DNA of 48,053 bases from Vitrella brassicaformis CCMP3155 (lineage: Eukaryota; Protista; Chromerida). This document shows, piece by piece, positions 25,140-36,950 of this stretch (positions are counted from its first letter, which is position 1; every line of letters starts with the position of its first letter). Both the position numbers and the translations under genes were made by a program. The DNA is taken from the NCBI GenBank assembly GCA_001179505.1, contig CDMY01000579.1, forward strand, positions 1-48,053, in the 5' to 3' direction. Below the pieces are notes generated by a model. It did not search any database and was not told where the DNA came from. It saw nothing but the letters and a program-made list of their open reading frames with translations.

Positions 25140-26745
25140 AATGCGCTCCTTCATCTGCATCAGTTGCTCGTCCATGGTGACGAGGCCCTGCGGCAGCCGC
25201 TTCATCCGCTCCTCAGGCATGGGCCTCACGCAGTCCAGTACCAGCTCACGCATCATCACTCCCACCTCTCTCCCCCACTCCATGCACGCCTCTCTCCGCT
25301 GGAACAGCGAAGGGGGCTTCGGTGCTGCTGACGCGCTCGACTGAGCGGGAGGCGGGATGACGTCCTGGAGCCGATCGGCCCAGCTTAGGCTGTTCTCGAT
25401 GGCCATTCGGACTGAAAGAGAAGACACCACACCACACAAGACAAGCCCAGACCACACACAACATGACAGCAGCCGACACATACACATGACATTCATCCCC
25501 CACGTGTGTTTGTGAGTATTGGTCTTACCATATTCTTCACCCTCAGATGCGAACGAATGTGCTGCGTGGAGATTCTTGATGAGTCCGCCGATATAAAATG
25601 TAGACAGCAATTGGCCGACAAACGGCCTCGATCCCTCTCCTGCAAATGACGCAGCCGCTCTCCCAACCGTCGACAGACACGAACTCGACTACCACACTTT
25701 TTAACCACATNNNNNNNNNNNNNNNNNNNNNNNNNNNNNNNNNNNNNNNNNNNNNNNNNNNNNNNNNNNNNNNNNNNNNNNNNNNNNNNNNNNNNNNNNN
25801 NNNNNNNNNNNNNNNNNNNNNNNNNNNNNNNNNNNNNNNNNNNNNNNNNNNNNNNNNNNNNNNNNNNNNNNNNNNNNNNNNNNNNNNNNNNNNNNNNNNN
25901 NNNNNNNNNNNNNNNNNNNNNNNNNNNNNNNNNNNNNNNNNNNNNNNNNNNNNNNNNNNNNNNNNNNNNNNNNNNNNNNNNNNNNNNNNNNNNNNNNNNN
26001 NNNNNNNNNNTGCCATAAGTGTGTTCCTCTCCCATACGCATACCTGCACTCTGCCGGCCTTCAGCTGCTACTGTAACTGTGGTAAATGGTCCTCATAAGC
26101 CGAACAAATATAAAATGTAGGCACCGATGATGTCGACCTCCTGACTTGCCTCCAGCTCGTCGACCTTGGCCTCATCAGTGAGGCCGCACATGGTGTCCCA
26201 GCCGTCCCGGGTCACCATGGCTGCCCCGCTCGCCTGCTCCGCCCTCCTCTTGGCCCGCTGGTCTGCCCATGTCTTGGTCAGCATGACGGAGAACTCGGGC
26301 GCGTGGTGGTGGGGGGTGATAGTCCAGACGTTCTCGTCCTCCTGCTGGTCCTCCTTGTCCACGCAGACCAAGATGGGCAGCCTGCCGATGGTGGCGGGCG
26401 CTGGGTGGGTGGTCGGCTTGGCGGTGAGGGTGTGGCCTAGGTCAATCATCCGCAGCTGCTCGCATGCGATGCTGCTGGCCTCGTTGGTGATGGTGGGGGC
26501 CGGCTGACGTTGCTGCAGCTCCTGCAGATCAGCCGTCGCGGGCGGCTCACGAAGAATGCCCGTCAAATGGTCGACGACAGCCGGGATGCGGTGCAGGATG
26601 GGTACCAGGGCGTTGGTGGACACGTTGTCCACGGCCAGCATGCCCAGGAGGAGGTGGCGCAGAGACAAGGGGGCACTCGGGGGATAGTCGGACTGCGCTT
26701 TCTTACGCATACCTGCCCTCTGGCGGCCTCCAGCTGCTCACTGCG
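25140..26745. repeat. Copy 2 of the ~1.75 kb direct repeat, interrupted by an N-gap
   Basis: Same blocks in the same order as 21230-23002. The 21794-22267 equivalent is replaced by 300 N. Confidence 0.85.
25711..26010. other. Assembly gap (300 N)
   Basis: Exactly 300 N. Confidence 1.
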
Positions 26746-27480
26746 TTAAATGGTCCTCATAAGCCGAACAAATATAAAATGTAGGCACCGATACGCCATC
26801 ATCCCCTTCAGCCGGATCAGGACAGCGCCACCTCCTTGAGCATCCCCTGGACCTGCGGCTGGGCAACCCGGCTGCTGCTGACGGCGTTGCTCACCGCCGA
26901 GCACCGCTGGAGGATGTCCTTGAAGTCGGCGTACTTGCCTGCGTGCGACACCGACCAGACCGGCAAAACGGACAGGAAAGGAGTTGGTCTGATGGATTGG
27001 GCGCAGCGTGTGTGCAGTGAGTGGCCTGGACATACCTATATTGAGCCTAGGCATCTGGATGGCGAAGACCCTATGCATGTCGGCCGCCTCCTCTTGGCTC
27101 ATGGGCACGTTGTCGGTCCAGGTTGACCTGAAGAGGCCGTTGGGGCTGTCCACGTCGGTGAAGGCAGCGAGGACGGGCAGGAAGGGGCGCATGCCCAGGT
27201 CCTCGCACTTGGCCTGCACCGCCCGTATCACCCTCTCCTCCCGGCACAGCGCCATCCACCTTTGCTCCTCCTGCGCCGACACGGCCGTCTGCTCCTCCAG
27301 CTCCACCGTCTTCCAGATGCGGCTTGGGGCGTCTATGATGCTGAGGATGCTGCCGTTGTTGCCGCCCTCGTGCTCGATAATGAACCCGGATGGCGGGCTG
27401 GGCAGGCTAGCGCCGACCAGGGGCAATCCAATTGAATCCGTCCTCCTCGTTCACCCGCACCTCCTTCAGCACCTGTAGCA
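26746..27480 (-). pseudogene. Paralogue of the array family with premature stop/frameshift
   Basis: Spliced GKYADFKDILQRCSAVSNAVSSSRVAQPQVQGMLKEVALS* stops at TGA, while homologous IRLKGMM (cf. VRALRGMV) continues in another frame. Confidence 0.55.
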
Positions 27481-27599
27481 TTCTCACTCAACACAACAAG
27501 GGAGGCCGGGGGACAGCCGCGCTGCTCTCCTTGCGGACGGGTGGGGCTTGACAGCGGTTGACAAGAGGGCTGCTGGGTGGTCGCAAACAGCCTTACGAG

Positions 27600-28709
27600 G
27601 GCCAATTACAGCCGAATAAGAGGTCCGTCATGGCTTCGTTGGCGCGGTCTAGAATGCAGAAGACATCTGTGCGGGGGAGTGTGACGAGAATACACACCAA
27701 CGGCTCCTGGCAGATGGGCATATGTAGGCACGGTGCTGATAGGGGACGGTGTGCCTCTCGTACCTTGATCGATGCCGCGGCCGACGCGAACGAACTCTCC
27801 ATGGGGGACGCGAAGTTGTCGGCGAATTGCGACTTGGGCGTGAGTCTGACGGGGAAGCCTCGGCCGAGCCCAAACGGTGGGATCGGCGGACTGACACATA
27901 CACACACACACACACACGCACGCTCACACACAAATGACCACCTGCACGCGAATGCGCACATACACACCCTGCCGCCCCACTCTGCTTACGAATGGACATT
28001 GATGCCCGCCGGCTGCCCACGACCTCGGTCAGGTTGCCCAGCACTTTGCGGAGATTGCCCTGCCATGAGCACTGAGGATGCGCAAAACCGGCCGGCGTCA
28101 TGTGCGGTGCTGAACGCTCACATCCATCTACCTGTGGGACGTCGGCTAGCAGTTTGATGAGGTCCTTCACTCGAGCCCTTACCTCACTCTTGGGAGCTGT
28201 GGCCACGCGTTCCTGCCAGAGTGTCAGTGAGTAACACACGGGAGAAGCCATGACACATCCATCGTGTATGCATCGTGGCTTTATTGCGTCCTTGTCCATC
28301 CTATTGCTCTGATCTCACTTACAGCCATCGAGTTGAACTTCGCTACGACATCCTCCTGACAGCTGGGGTCCACGAATGCCCCACCACGGATGGCTTGGCA
28401 AAGCGCCAGCCACTTGCACTCCTCATCCGACAGGCACGTGTGTTCTTCGATGGGCACTGTCTTCCAGATGCTGTCGAGGGCGTCCGTGGTGGTGAGGATG
28501 CTGGCGTTGTTGCCGCCACCGTGCTCGTTGATGAATGCGGACGGCGGATTGAGCAGTGCGGCGCCGAGCACGGGCGTCTGGTCCTCCTCGTTGACCCGCA
28601 CCTCCTTCAACAGGTGCAGCAAGATTCTCACGCAAACAAGGGGCAGCCGGCGGGCAGCCGCGCTGCTCTTCCTTGCAGACGGGTCAGCATTCTGCATTTC
28701 AGCGCACAC
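27600..28709 (-). CDS. Third, divergent paralogue: shared first module followed by different exons
   Basis: VRVNEEDQTPVLGAALLNPPSAFINEHGGGNNASILTTTDALDSIWKT...KFNSMA | ERVATAPKSEVRARVKDLIKLLADVPQ | further GT-AG-bounded exons whose phases I could not fully reconcile. Confidence 0.45.
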
Positions 28710-29888
28710 GCCAATTGCGGCGGGACAAAGATGGCATTACTGAGCGCTTCACTTCACCTGCTCCTTACCTTGTCAGCCCTCAACAGCTCCGAAGCTGGAG
28801 ATGGCGGCAGTCTCGTGTTCATGACAATGGTGAAGCGAAGAGGTGGAACTGTGCTGAAAGAGAGGTGTCGGAACGGCAGGAAGCACAGGATGGCACAGGA
28901 TATTGCACAGGATGGCAATCCATCCTCCGAAAAAAGTGGCGATGTCTCTCTGTCTCCAATTCTCGCCCTAATTTCTCGCCCACAAGACGCGCTTTTCTCA
29001 CACTGAACCCCTGATTCATTGAATATTTCATTCACCTTGAGGACTCCGAAGAGAAAAGGAGACGGCCATCCGGAGAAAACGCCAAATTATTTCATCTACG
29101 CACGAACATGCCAACAAGGCATATGAGATGACCACTGGAATGAAACGGACCACCTAGTCATCCTCGAATATCATTCACATACCATACCGACACCGCAGCC
29201 AACGAAGAAAAAGAGATATGACACGTGTGCCCACCTGAGAGGATGTTGAAGACAAGAGAAGGCGTCCGCGCACTCAGCTGACGCCAGAGAGGTTTCAGGC
29301 GGTGACCGTGGCCACCTATTCAGCAGAAGGCGGGGCACCACCGGCTGAGGCCTGACTCGAAGCACGGCGGTAGGGGCGGACAAGTCGGGAGGGGCGGGCC
29401 ACACAAGCCAACGACCACTCACCAAGGGAGGAGGGAGGCTTAGGCTGATGTCAGCTTCTGACGGGCGGACGGGTCAGGGGCGGGTCAGGTGGACTCGTCC
29501 TCTCCGAAAATGGCGAGCAGGGGGGGCTGCGTGGGCCTCGGGCGGGTGGCGCCGACGATTAAATTCTCGCCGCGAATCTCGCCGCAAGCTCGCGAATTCT
29601 TTCATCTCGCCGTACGCTTTTCCGAGGCGCACTCATGTGCGCCGACTGACTAGCCTGCCATTTGAGTGAGCTGGCCATGACCCGCTTCCTCGCCGACATC
29701 CGGTCCTTCACCAGCGTCCATGACGACCGCCGAATTGTCAGACAGCACGTACGGCAGCCCATGCAGCCAGGCCACAAAACCATGCGTCAACCACTGACTA
29801 ATCCAGCCGGACATGCATACATGGCCGCATACGATGTATTTATTGTACACACAAACGCCACTGATGAATTCTGCTGGGTTTCGGCCAC

Positions 29889-30832
29889 TCACTCCCCACC
29901 GAACCCCAGTATCCTGACACCAAACACAACGTTGTATCCCTTCTGCTTGCTGCCAGTTTGATGCATGCATAATCTCTCATCCATCTCTGTGTGGCGCACC
30001 TTGTTGCCATGGTCCTGCCGTACGGGATGTATGAGAGGCAGTACCACACCATCGCACAGAACTGGCACACGACGCACAGCACGATCAGCAAACCTTGCAG
30101 CAAACCCACTTGAAGAAAGAAACAGCAAATCTGACAGCAGCAGACAGCGCACCTTGCCATTGCTCTTTCACCCATTCAGCCGCCAGCCTGCCTGCCTGCC
30201 ATTCGTACCAGTGTGAGTATGAGGCACGAGAGGTATGTGACGGAGGCGATCCACCTCTTCCGGTGAAACATGTTCCGCACCTGCTTGGAAGGACCAACTG
30301 CACACACACATGCACACAACGACCACCACTCTGACGAACAGCGGCCGCTTTTCTGTGCACTACTGATGGCTGACCGAGGAAGCCGGTGGAGCAAATCGAC
30401 ATGATGTTCCCAAACGAATAACCGACAGCAAAGCGAGTGGGATGACCTGACACGGACATACACATGGGAGCATTCCACGAGCGGAATCATCCCGTCGATG
30501 CCGTGCTCCTCACCCGTCAGCATCTGTGCGAAGGATCCGAAGGACACAAAGGAGACGATCCAGCCAGCGATAAAGCACATGCAGAACCCAATCAGACGCT
30601 GCAGCAAGTACACAACAAGAACGAACAACTGGGTGTCCTTGTGTTGCTTCTTCGTCGTTTTCACCTCCTGAAATGTGAGCCTCGGGCAACACTCCCATCG
30701 GTCCTCTTCTTGGATGTCGCTGCTGGTGTCCCACTGCGACAGCACACTGTTGTTGTGGCCATCAGCGGGAGGCGCACTCTCGCTGCGGAATTGCCTGAAT
30801 GGCGTGAATGACTCGAACATGTTCCCTGCCAT
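29889..30832 (-). CDS. SFT2: Got1/SFT2-family vesicle transport protein
   Basis: MAGNMFESF...CCPRLTFQE | RLIGFCMCFIAGWIVSFVS...| GHPTRFAVGYSFGNIMSICSTGFL | VGPSKQVRNMFHRKRWIASVTYL...QFCAMVWYCLSYIPYGR: the typical four-transmembrane SFT2 pattern. Confidence 0.92.
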
Positions 30833-31080
30833 GATCTCGCTGGTCGCTCTTTTGTCCAGCTGGTATGACGGACGTTGGAGCTGTGTGTTTCCCCTTTTCT
30901 CCCGAATTCCCTTCTGACGTTTCTCACTGCGAGCTTCAGAGTGGATCGTTTGGGCAGATCTGGCAGCGTCAACGACGGAGAGAGGCAGATCCAGGGAGTA
31001 CGAAGCTTGTAAAGCGTGTTCCAGCCATCTCGAGCGAAACAAGCTTCGATGAATGATTTGGCGGCAGCCCCTTTCTCTGG

Positions 31081-33720
31081 ATGCATCCCATCACGATGAT
31101 GAGCAGCTCTCTGGGCCACACGGTGAATCAGCTTCAACGGGCCACTCGATCTATCGCCACTCAGGCCGCAGTCAAGCCTCCAGCCGCCGCCTTTCAGCGC
31201 GTCCCTGATGCTGCTTCCGAGCTGGTGGGCGGATCTGCCGTCGGTGCTGGAGCCACGCAGCGAAGGAATGGCGAGACTTCGTCGCTTGAGAGTGAGTTTC
31301 GCCGTGCCCTGGTGCAGCTGACGTTTGCCTTTGAGAACCCCCATCTGAAGCGCAACTCGCCGCAGTCGTCATCGCTCCTCTTCGACACATCAGCTCGTAT
31401 CGGCCCCTCGTCACAGCAGGCCGTCTGGGAGAGGCTCACGGCAATTCTGGAGCAGCATCTGGAGCACGCGTCAAGATCTAGTTGCTTTGCGACTGCGAGG
31501 GACATGCTGGAGCTGCTGGGATGTGTCAAGCAGAGCCATCAGGCTGCATGGGGACGAGGACGGCAATCCGGCTCGCTTGAGGATGCGACAGCAATATCCG
31601 CTGGTCATGATTGGGCCGTGGGACAGATCGAAGAAGGCGATGCTTTGGCTGCTCTTTTGGCAGTGTGCAGTCGAACGCTGGAGCATTTAGTGAAGCGGCA
31701 GCTGAAGCGGAGAGACCAAGAGGGTGAAGGGCAGCTGCGTGACTTTATAGGCTGCTTCCACGCTCTTTCCATCCCGTTGAATCATCCGCTTCCTTCTCTT
31801 GGCCACCGTGTCGCTGAGCTGCTCGTGGCACTACATGGATCATCTGGTGTGGCTTCCGATAAGTCTGCGCCTCTATTGATCGACGGCAGTGACTTCACGA
31901 AGCTCTTTACGGCTCTCGAGAGATGCTCGGTTCTCAACCATGACGTCTGTCGATCTTTTGAGGGGTTTATGTCGCATCTGCTTGAGAGGCGTCGCATCAA
32001 GGCGGTGGGCGTGGCTGTGCTGCTCGAGGCGTATGGGAAGGCCGTCGTGCGGGGTGATCGCAGCGAGTGGGGGGGCCATCTGGAGAGGGTGGTGCCGCGG
32101 CTGGTGGCGGAGCAACATCGATGGGCTCGCACCATGGACCCATACGCCATCGCCATGGTACAGAAGAGCATGTGAAGACCTCGCGTTGAACTTTGGCGGC
32201 CATGTGTGTACGTTGTCCAGGTGTTTTATGCGTACGGGAGGATTGGCAAGCACTACTCTCGCGCAATCCTATGCCTGCCCGACGATGCACGAGCCTGGCA
32301 TGACAGTTCTGACCTGTCTGATGCGAATGTCATCGATTGGGGCCGGGTGGTGGACGCCATTGTTACTCTGTCGCCTCGCATGGACGGCAGCGTGCTGATG
32401 AACGTGGCTGTGGGGCTCAGTTGGATGCAATGGAGAGAGAGGCAGATTATTGCTGTCCTTGTAGATGTGTTTGTGCGTCTCTGCCATTCGCAACGGCTGA
32501 CGCCACAGCAGTTCTCCCACTCAATGCTCGCACTGGTAAGATAAGTCATCTTGTCTGCATCCATGTGGTGCCCCACCAAAGCCTTCTGGGTGTCTGTTCA
32601 GGCATCTTTGGAGGTTTGGGACCCTCGCCTGCTCGCTGCAGTGAGGACCTTTCTCTCGACATCCTCGCAGGTCGAAACACCATGACATACAAAGGGACGG
32701 CAAATGTGGTTTGTGGGTGTGCGTGTGCAGGGCTTCTCTCTGCAGCACCACTCGCTAACCCTCCAAGCCCTCACCCGATTCGAGCACCAACGGCCGCCGT
32801 CCCCCACACGCATCTTAGCAAAAGAGCAAGACGCCGCTTCTGCAGCGGATATACAGGACGGCAACGACCACTACAACCACAGCTATTCGGCTGCTTTTCT
32901 TCCCCTAACACGGCAGATATCCGATGACGCTCTGGCCATTGACGAGAGGCAGGCACTGGAGTCGCTGACGCAGCTCGTCATGCGCCACTTCAAGACTGCT
33001 GTGAACGGTGGAGCTTCGTCGGCATCGCGGCCATATGATGATCTGGCGCCTGCAGACTTTGTGCACATCCTAGAGTCGCTTGAAACAACGCGGGCACAGG
33101 TGAGGGCGTGATGGGATGGCCAAAGGCTGGCAGGCATGCCGACATCTCTGTGTTACGCGCAGGATGTGAGCTTGTGGCGCCATATACTGCCATCCCTGCG
33201 GCGATCCCTGGAGACGAATAGCCATCACTGGGACCTCCACAGCGCGCTCTCGGTCTTCGCCCACGCCACAACACTCGACCTGCTCTCGCCGCTTAGAATC
33301 GCGCACTCGCCCACCGAGCCATCGGAATCCCTGCACGCTCTGTTGATGTCGCTGCTGCACCGCTATTTGGACATGATGAGTCCGGTCGATGCCCTCGTGG
33401 CTGCTGAGGGACTTTCGCTGAGCCACTACTCCGTGGAAGGATGGGACGAGAAGGGGAGGATGGGCCGATTGGTGGGCGCTTTGAGGCATAGGATGATAGG
33501 TGGGCTGAGGTCTCTCGTGTCGGCTGAGAGGCCCGCCCGTCGTGGTGAGAGCCGTCTGAACTTCAAGGATGCCTACGAGCGAAGTGTCTACAGTCGAATC
33601 GGTGAGAGAGAATGCACACCCTGCATGGGCATGAGCGAGGACGAAGGATCGATCGGTGCGGTTTGTGTCTGCAGGGGTCGTCCTAACCTGGCTCCAGCTT
33701 TCTCCCTCCCTCAGGGCTGA
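31081..33720 (+). CDS. Organelle-targeted alpha-helical repeat protein (FASTK/OPR/heptatricopeptide-like)
   Basis: Ser/Arg/Ala-rich N-terminus lacking acidic residues (MHPITMMSSSLGHTVNQLQRATRSIATQ). Helical repeat-like segments such as LTPQQFSHSMLAL|ASLEVWDPRLLAAV and MDPYAIAMV. No clear RAP domain seen. Confidence 0.6.
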
Positions 33721-33872
33721 TGGGCAGGAGCGAGTGCATGCGTGACTGAGTGGACAGAACGGCAGCGTTGGTATGCGTACAATTCGTATACATATGTACG
33801 TCCCGAGTCAACTTGCACACAGCCGAGTCCCACCCCTCCACACAGCAGTCAACAGCAGGCAGGCAGGCGAAG

Positions 33873-34950
33873 ATGATGAGCCGGTTCGCCTGGGCATTGT
33901 TGCTCCTCCTTTGCTGCTCCACTGCCGCCTCATGCGTCGACGTCAACCGAAGCAACAAGAAGAAGGCACTCGCACGGGTAACAACAACAGACGAACAAAA
34001 GGCAGAGACACAAACACGAGATGGATGGATCACGCGCTGCTTCGGTTGTTTGTGTGCAGGCTGGCCTCGTCTTTCGCTCCGTGCGCCTGAAGCAGCCGGC
34101 AGAGGATCAGCCGAGCCTCGCCGAGATCTATCAAGACGAGCTGCAGAGCGAGGCCGACGACCTCGCTATGCCACAGGAGACACGGCCTCGCCGCATCAGC
34201 AATGGCCCGATTCCGTCCCACTCGATTCAGAGAGACAAGGAGGACCCGGCAATTGCTGAGCTGCGAGAGATGCAGCAGGCAGCCCAGGACAAGCAACAGC
34301 AGATGGACGAGCTGGAGGAGCAACAGGAGCAAGACACCAAGCAAAAGGAACAAGGTGCCTCAACACGCACACACAGACAGACAGACAGACAGACACACAG
34401 ATGTGATTGTGTCTCTGTGGATCAGTCAATTCTGCGCGGGTCGACAGTCAGCAGAGGGCCGAGGAAGAGGAGGAGCAGAAGGAGTTCGAGCAAGCACACA
34501 AAGACGCACCGCTGCTCTCATCGTTCAGGCAGCGAAACGGTCCTCGCAAAGCAGCAAAGGGTCAGTCACCAAAGGACACAGAGATACAGAACAATCGTCA
34601 TGTGTGTGGATCTGATGATCCAGTCGACGTGACGAATGGCGCCATTAGCAACGAGCATACCCCGCCTTCGCTCAAGTCGCAGATGGAACAAGAGGAACGG
34701 AAAGAGCAGGTCAAAGCTGTGCTCCAAGAGGTAAGACAGACAACTGGATGGACCAATGGCATGTCCTTGCTGAAAATGTCTGTGTGTGTTGTGTTGGTGC
34801 CAGGTTGAGGAGACGGCTGCACAGGCAGAGCGAGAAGCGGTCAAGAACGAGGAAGATGAGGTGGAGAGTATCTTTGAGGACGCTGCTGTGAGGGACAGAC
34901 AGACAGCAGCAGCGGACGGACAGCAGGACGAGTACACGGAGGAAGACTGA
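33873..34950 (+). CDS. Secreted acidic Glu/Gln-rich coiled-coil-like protein of unknown function
   Basis: Signal peptide MMSRFAWALLLLLCCSTAASC. Four exons with compatible phases; ends DGQQDEYTEED* (TGA at 34948-34950). Confidence 0.75.
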
Positions 34951-35217
34951 GACAGCAATGTGCAAGAGATGGACATGTGTTGACAAATAAAGACCGACTC
35001 ACCCACACGTGAGAGTGTCCACCACAAGCCTCGGTCTCGTACAACCAATGCAAACATTCATTCACATTTCCACCACGCAGCCACACACTAACGCCAGACA
35101 TGTATATATGGATGTGCACGCTGGACAGTGCATTGATGAAAAAATAACCACGAGCTGGAAGAGAGTCGGCGACGGGAGCAGCCACCATGCAGCACCCGTC
35201 CCGACTCCCCATTCAGA

Positions 35218-36667
35218 TCAGTCTTTGAATGTCACTCCCCCCGCCCCAGTTGGTGAGCCACTGCCCTCTGCTGCACTCACCCCTTTCTTCGGTGCCGCTG
35301 CCCCGTGTTTGGACAGCATCTGCTCCCGCCAAAGGGCCCGTGGGTCCGCCTTCGGACCTCCGCCGAAGTCAAACAATTGCCCGGACTCCTCTCTCTGGAT
35401 GATCTGCGACTTCTTCCGCCCTTTGGTCGGTGAAGCCGATGCCCTGCGGCTGGCACTTCTTGCTGGGCTGCGTGCCTTCGGGGAAGCGCCTGCTGGCTGT
35501 GCTGGACCGATGGGAAGACGGAGCTCTTCCTTGGCCGCCAGCGGGCTCGGCCCGGGGACACTGACGGCAGCACCCTGCTGGCACAGAGTAGTCAGATAGG
35601 TGATTGATCTGTTCGTGTCTCGTGTGTCTCACCTCTGGCTTAAGTTGGCTCTCTTGTGAGAGGGCCAGGGCCAGAGTCTCCCGAGGAGCTTCAGAGGCCC
35701 TCTTGGCGCGATGTGACGGCTTTGGAGGGGCTGAACGCGGCGAGACAGGCGTTTTCTCTTTCTCCTTCTTCGCCTTCGGCTTTACTTTTGGCACTATGAG
35801 CTCAGTCTTGCGCCTATACATGTGGCTGAGCCTTTTGTCCAGATCCTTGCTGAGCCTGCAGTCGATCCGGTGCCGCACCTCAGAGACGTGAGAGCGCTTG
35901 TCCTTGGCAATCCTCCGTAGCATGTCATCGTCAGTTATGGGTGTCGAGTCGCTCCACAGGCTGGATGAAAGTATGCGCAGCCATTGCTTGGCCGTCACCG
36001 CTGCCATTGGTGCAGTGTACAAGTGCCTCCCGAACACATACTCCATTCTGTCCGCACGTACACACACACAAGGCCGGCTGATGTGGCGGGCATGCCTTTG
36101 TGTCTCCCTGGTTGGTCACTCACGCACTTTCTGACAACAGTTGGGAAGGGCAACAGATTAGCGAGGAACGTGTACATCTCGTCCATCTGAATAGACCTGT
36201 CTCTATCCCTGTCCAGCACCTTATACAGCACATAGTTGAACAGCCCTCTCGGCTCAAGGCCCGTCGAGTCGTTCTTCGCTCGCAGGTACATCCGCATCAC
36301 TTCGTCAAGGGATAACACGCCGTTCAGGTCCTCGTCCGCCTCCCTGCAGGCACCAACAACACGTAAAGAGGTCATCCTTCCATCAGCCATGAATGCATCC
36401 ATTGGTGTGTTTGCTGCCTCACCAGATGAGCCCCTGCACAGCCCGGAGCGGGAGTATGATTCCATCTTCTCTCATGCTGTGTTGCAGTTCATACGCATCG
36501 ATAACCGAGTCCTCGTTGATGTCCAGTTCGAAGAACACACGCCTGATGTTGGCCTGCTCGTGCTGGGTGAGGTGTTTGTCGAGCTGTGAGAGGTCATTGG
36601 TGTGGCCAAGTCGTGCTTGCAGGCGGGCGGGCGGCGGGGGAGGTGAGGGAGGAGGTGGGGGGGCCAT
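35218..36667 (-). CDS. Calmodulin-like EF-hand protein with basic/low-complexity tail (possibly flagellum-associated)
   Basis: EF loops DINEDSVIDAYE, DEDLNGVLSLDE and DRDRDRSIQMDE; linker NDSTGLEPRGLFN; Lys/Pro-rich C-terminus ends GGVTFKD*. Confidence 0.8.
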
Positions 36668-36922
36668 CCCGCCGTCTCGAATGTAGCGAGCTAAGCTGGC
36701 GCGCCGTTACAGGTTCTCGATCCATCCATCCATCCATGCAGCAGTCTCTGTATCGTCATGTACGACCAGGGGACAAATCAGGTATGAGGTGCAATGTGGT
36801 GTCGTGTGTGCGATTAAATCAGATACGAACACATAAGATAGCAGGCAGACAAACCGACAACAAACCGACAACATAACACACCGCAGGCAGACAGGGAGGG
36901 AGGCAGATGGTCTGCGGGCGCA

Positions 36923-36950
36923 TGTGTGTGTGTGTGTGTGTGTGTGTGTG
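36923..36950. repeat. (TG)14 microsatellite, intergenic
   Basis: Perfect TG run. Confidence 0.95.

Larger units (their letters stand above)
21075..28720 (-). repeat. Degenerate tandem array of modules from an unidentified multi-copy gene family
   Basis: The module (V)RVNEEDQTPVLGA..P..F.....GNN.SIL...DA...IWKT...EE.T..S..E..W.ALC recurs at ~24590-24800, ~27240-27430 and ~28400-28610. The module APEFSVMLTKTWADQRAKRRAEQ occurs three times; the module RMAIENSLSWADRLQD occurs twice. Two N-gaps lie inside. Confidence 0.85.

Noticed and set aside
22767-26098. Long ORFs spanning N-runs (e.g. 22820-24310, 22767-23774, 25493-26041), also 45954-46994
   Set aside because: They stay open only because N codons cannot be read as stops.
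21181-26792. CRISPR-like repeat/spacer array from the recurring ATATAAAATGTAG motif
   Set aside because: Spacing is irregular (hundreds of bp to ~1.7 kb), the intervening DNA is itself duplicated coding-like sequence, the context is eukaryotic, and no cas genes are present.
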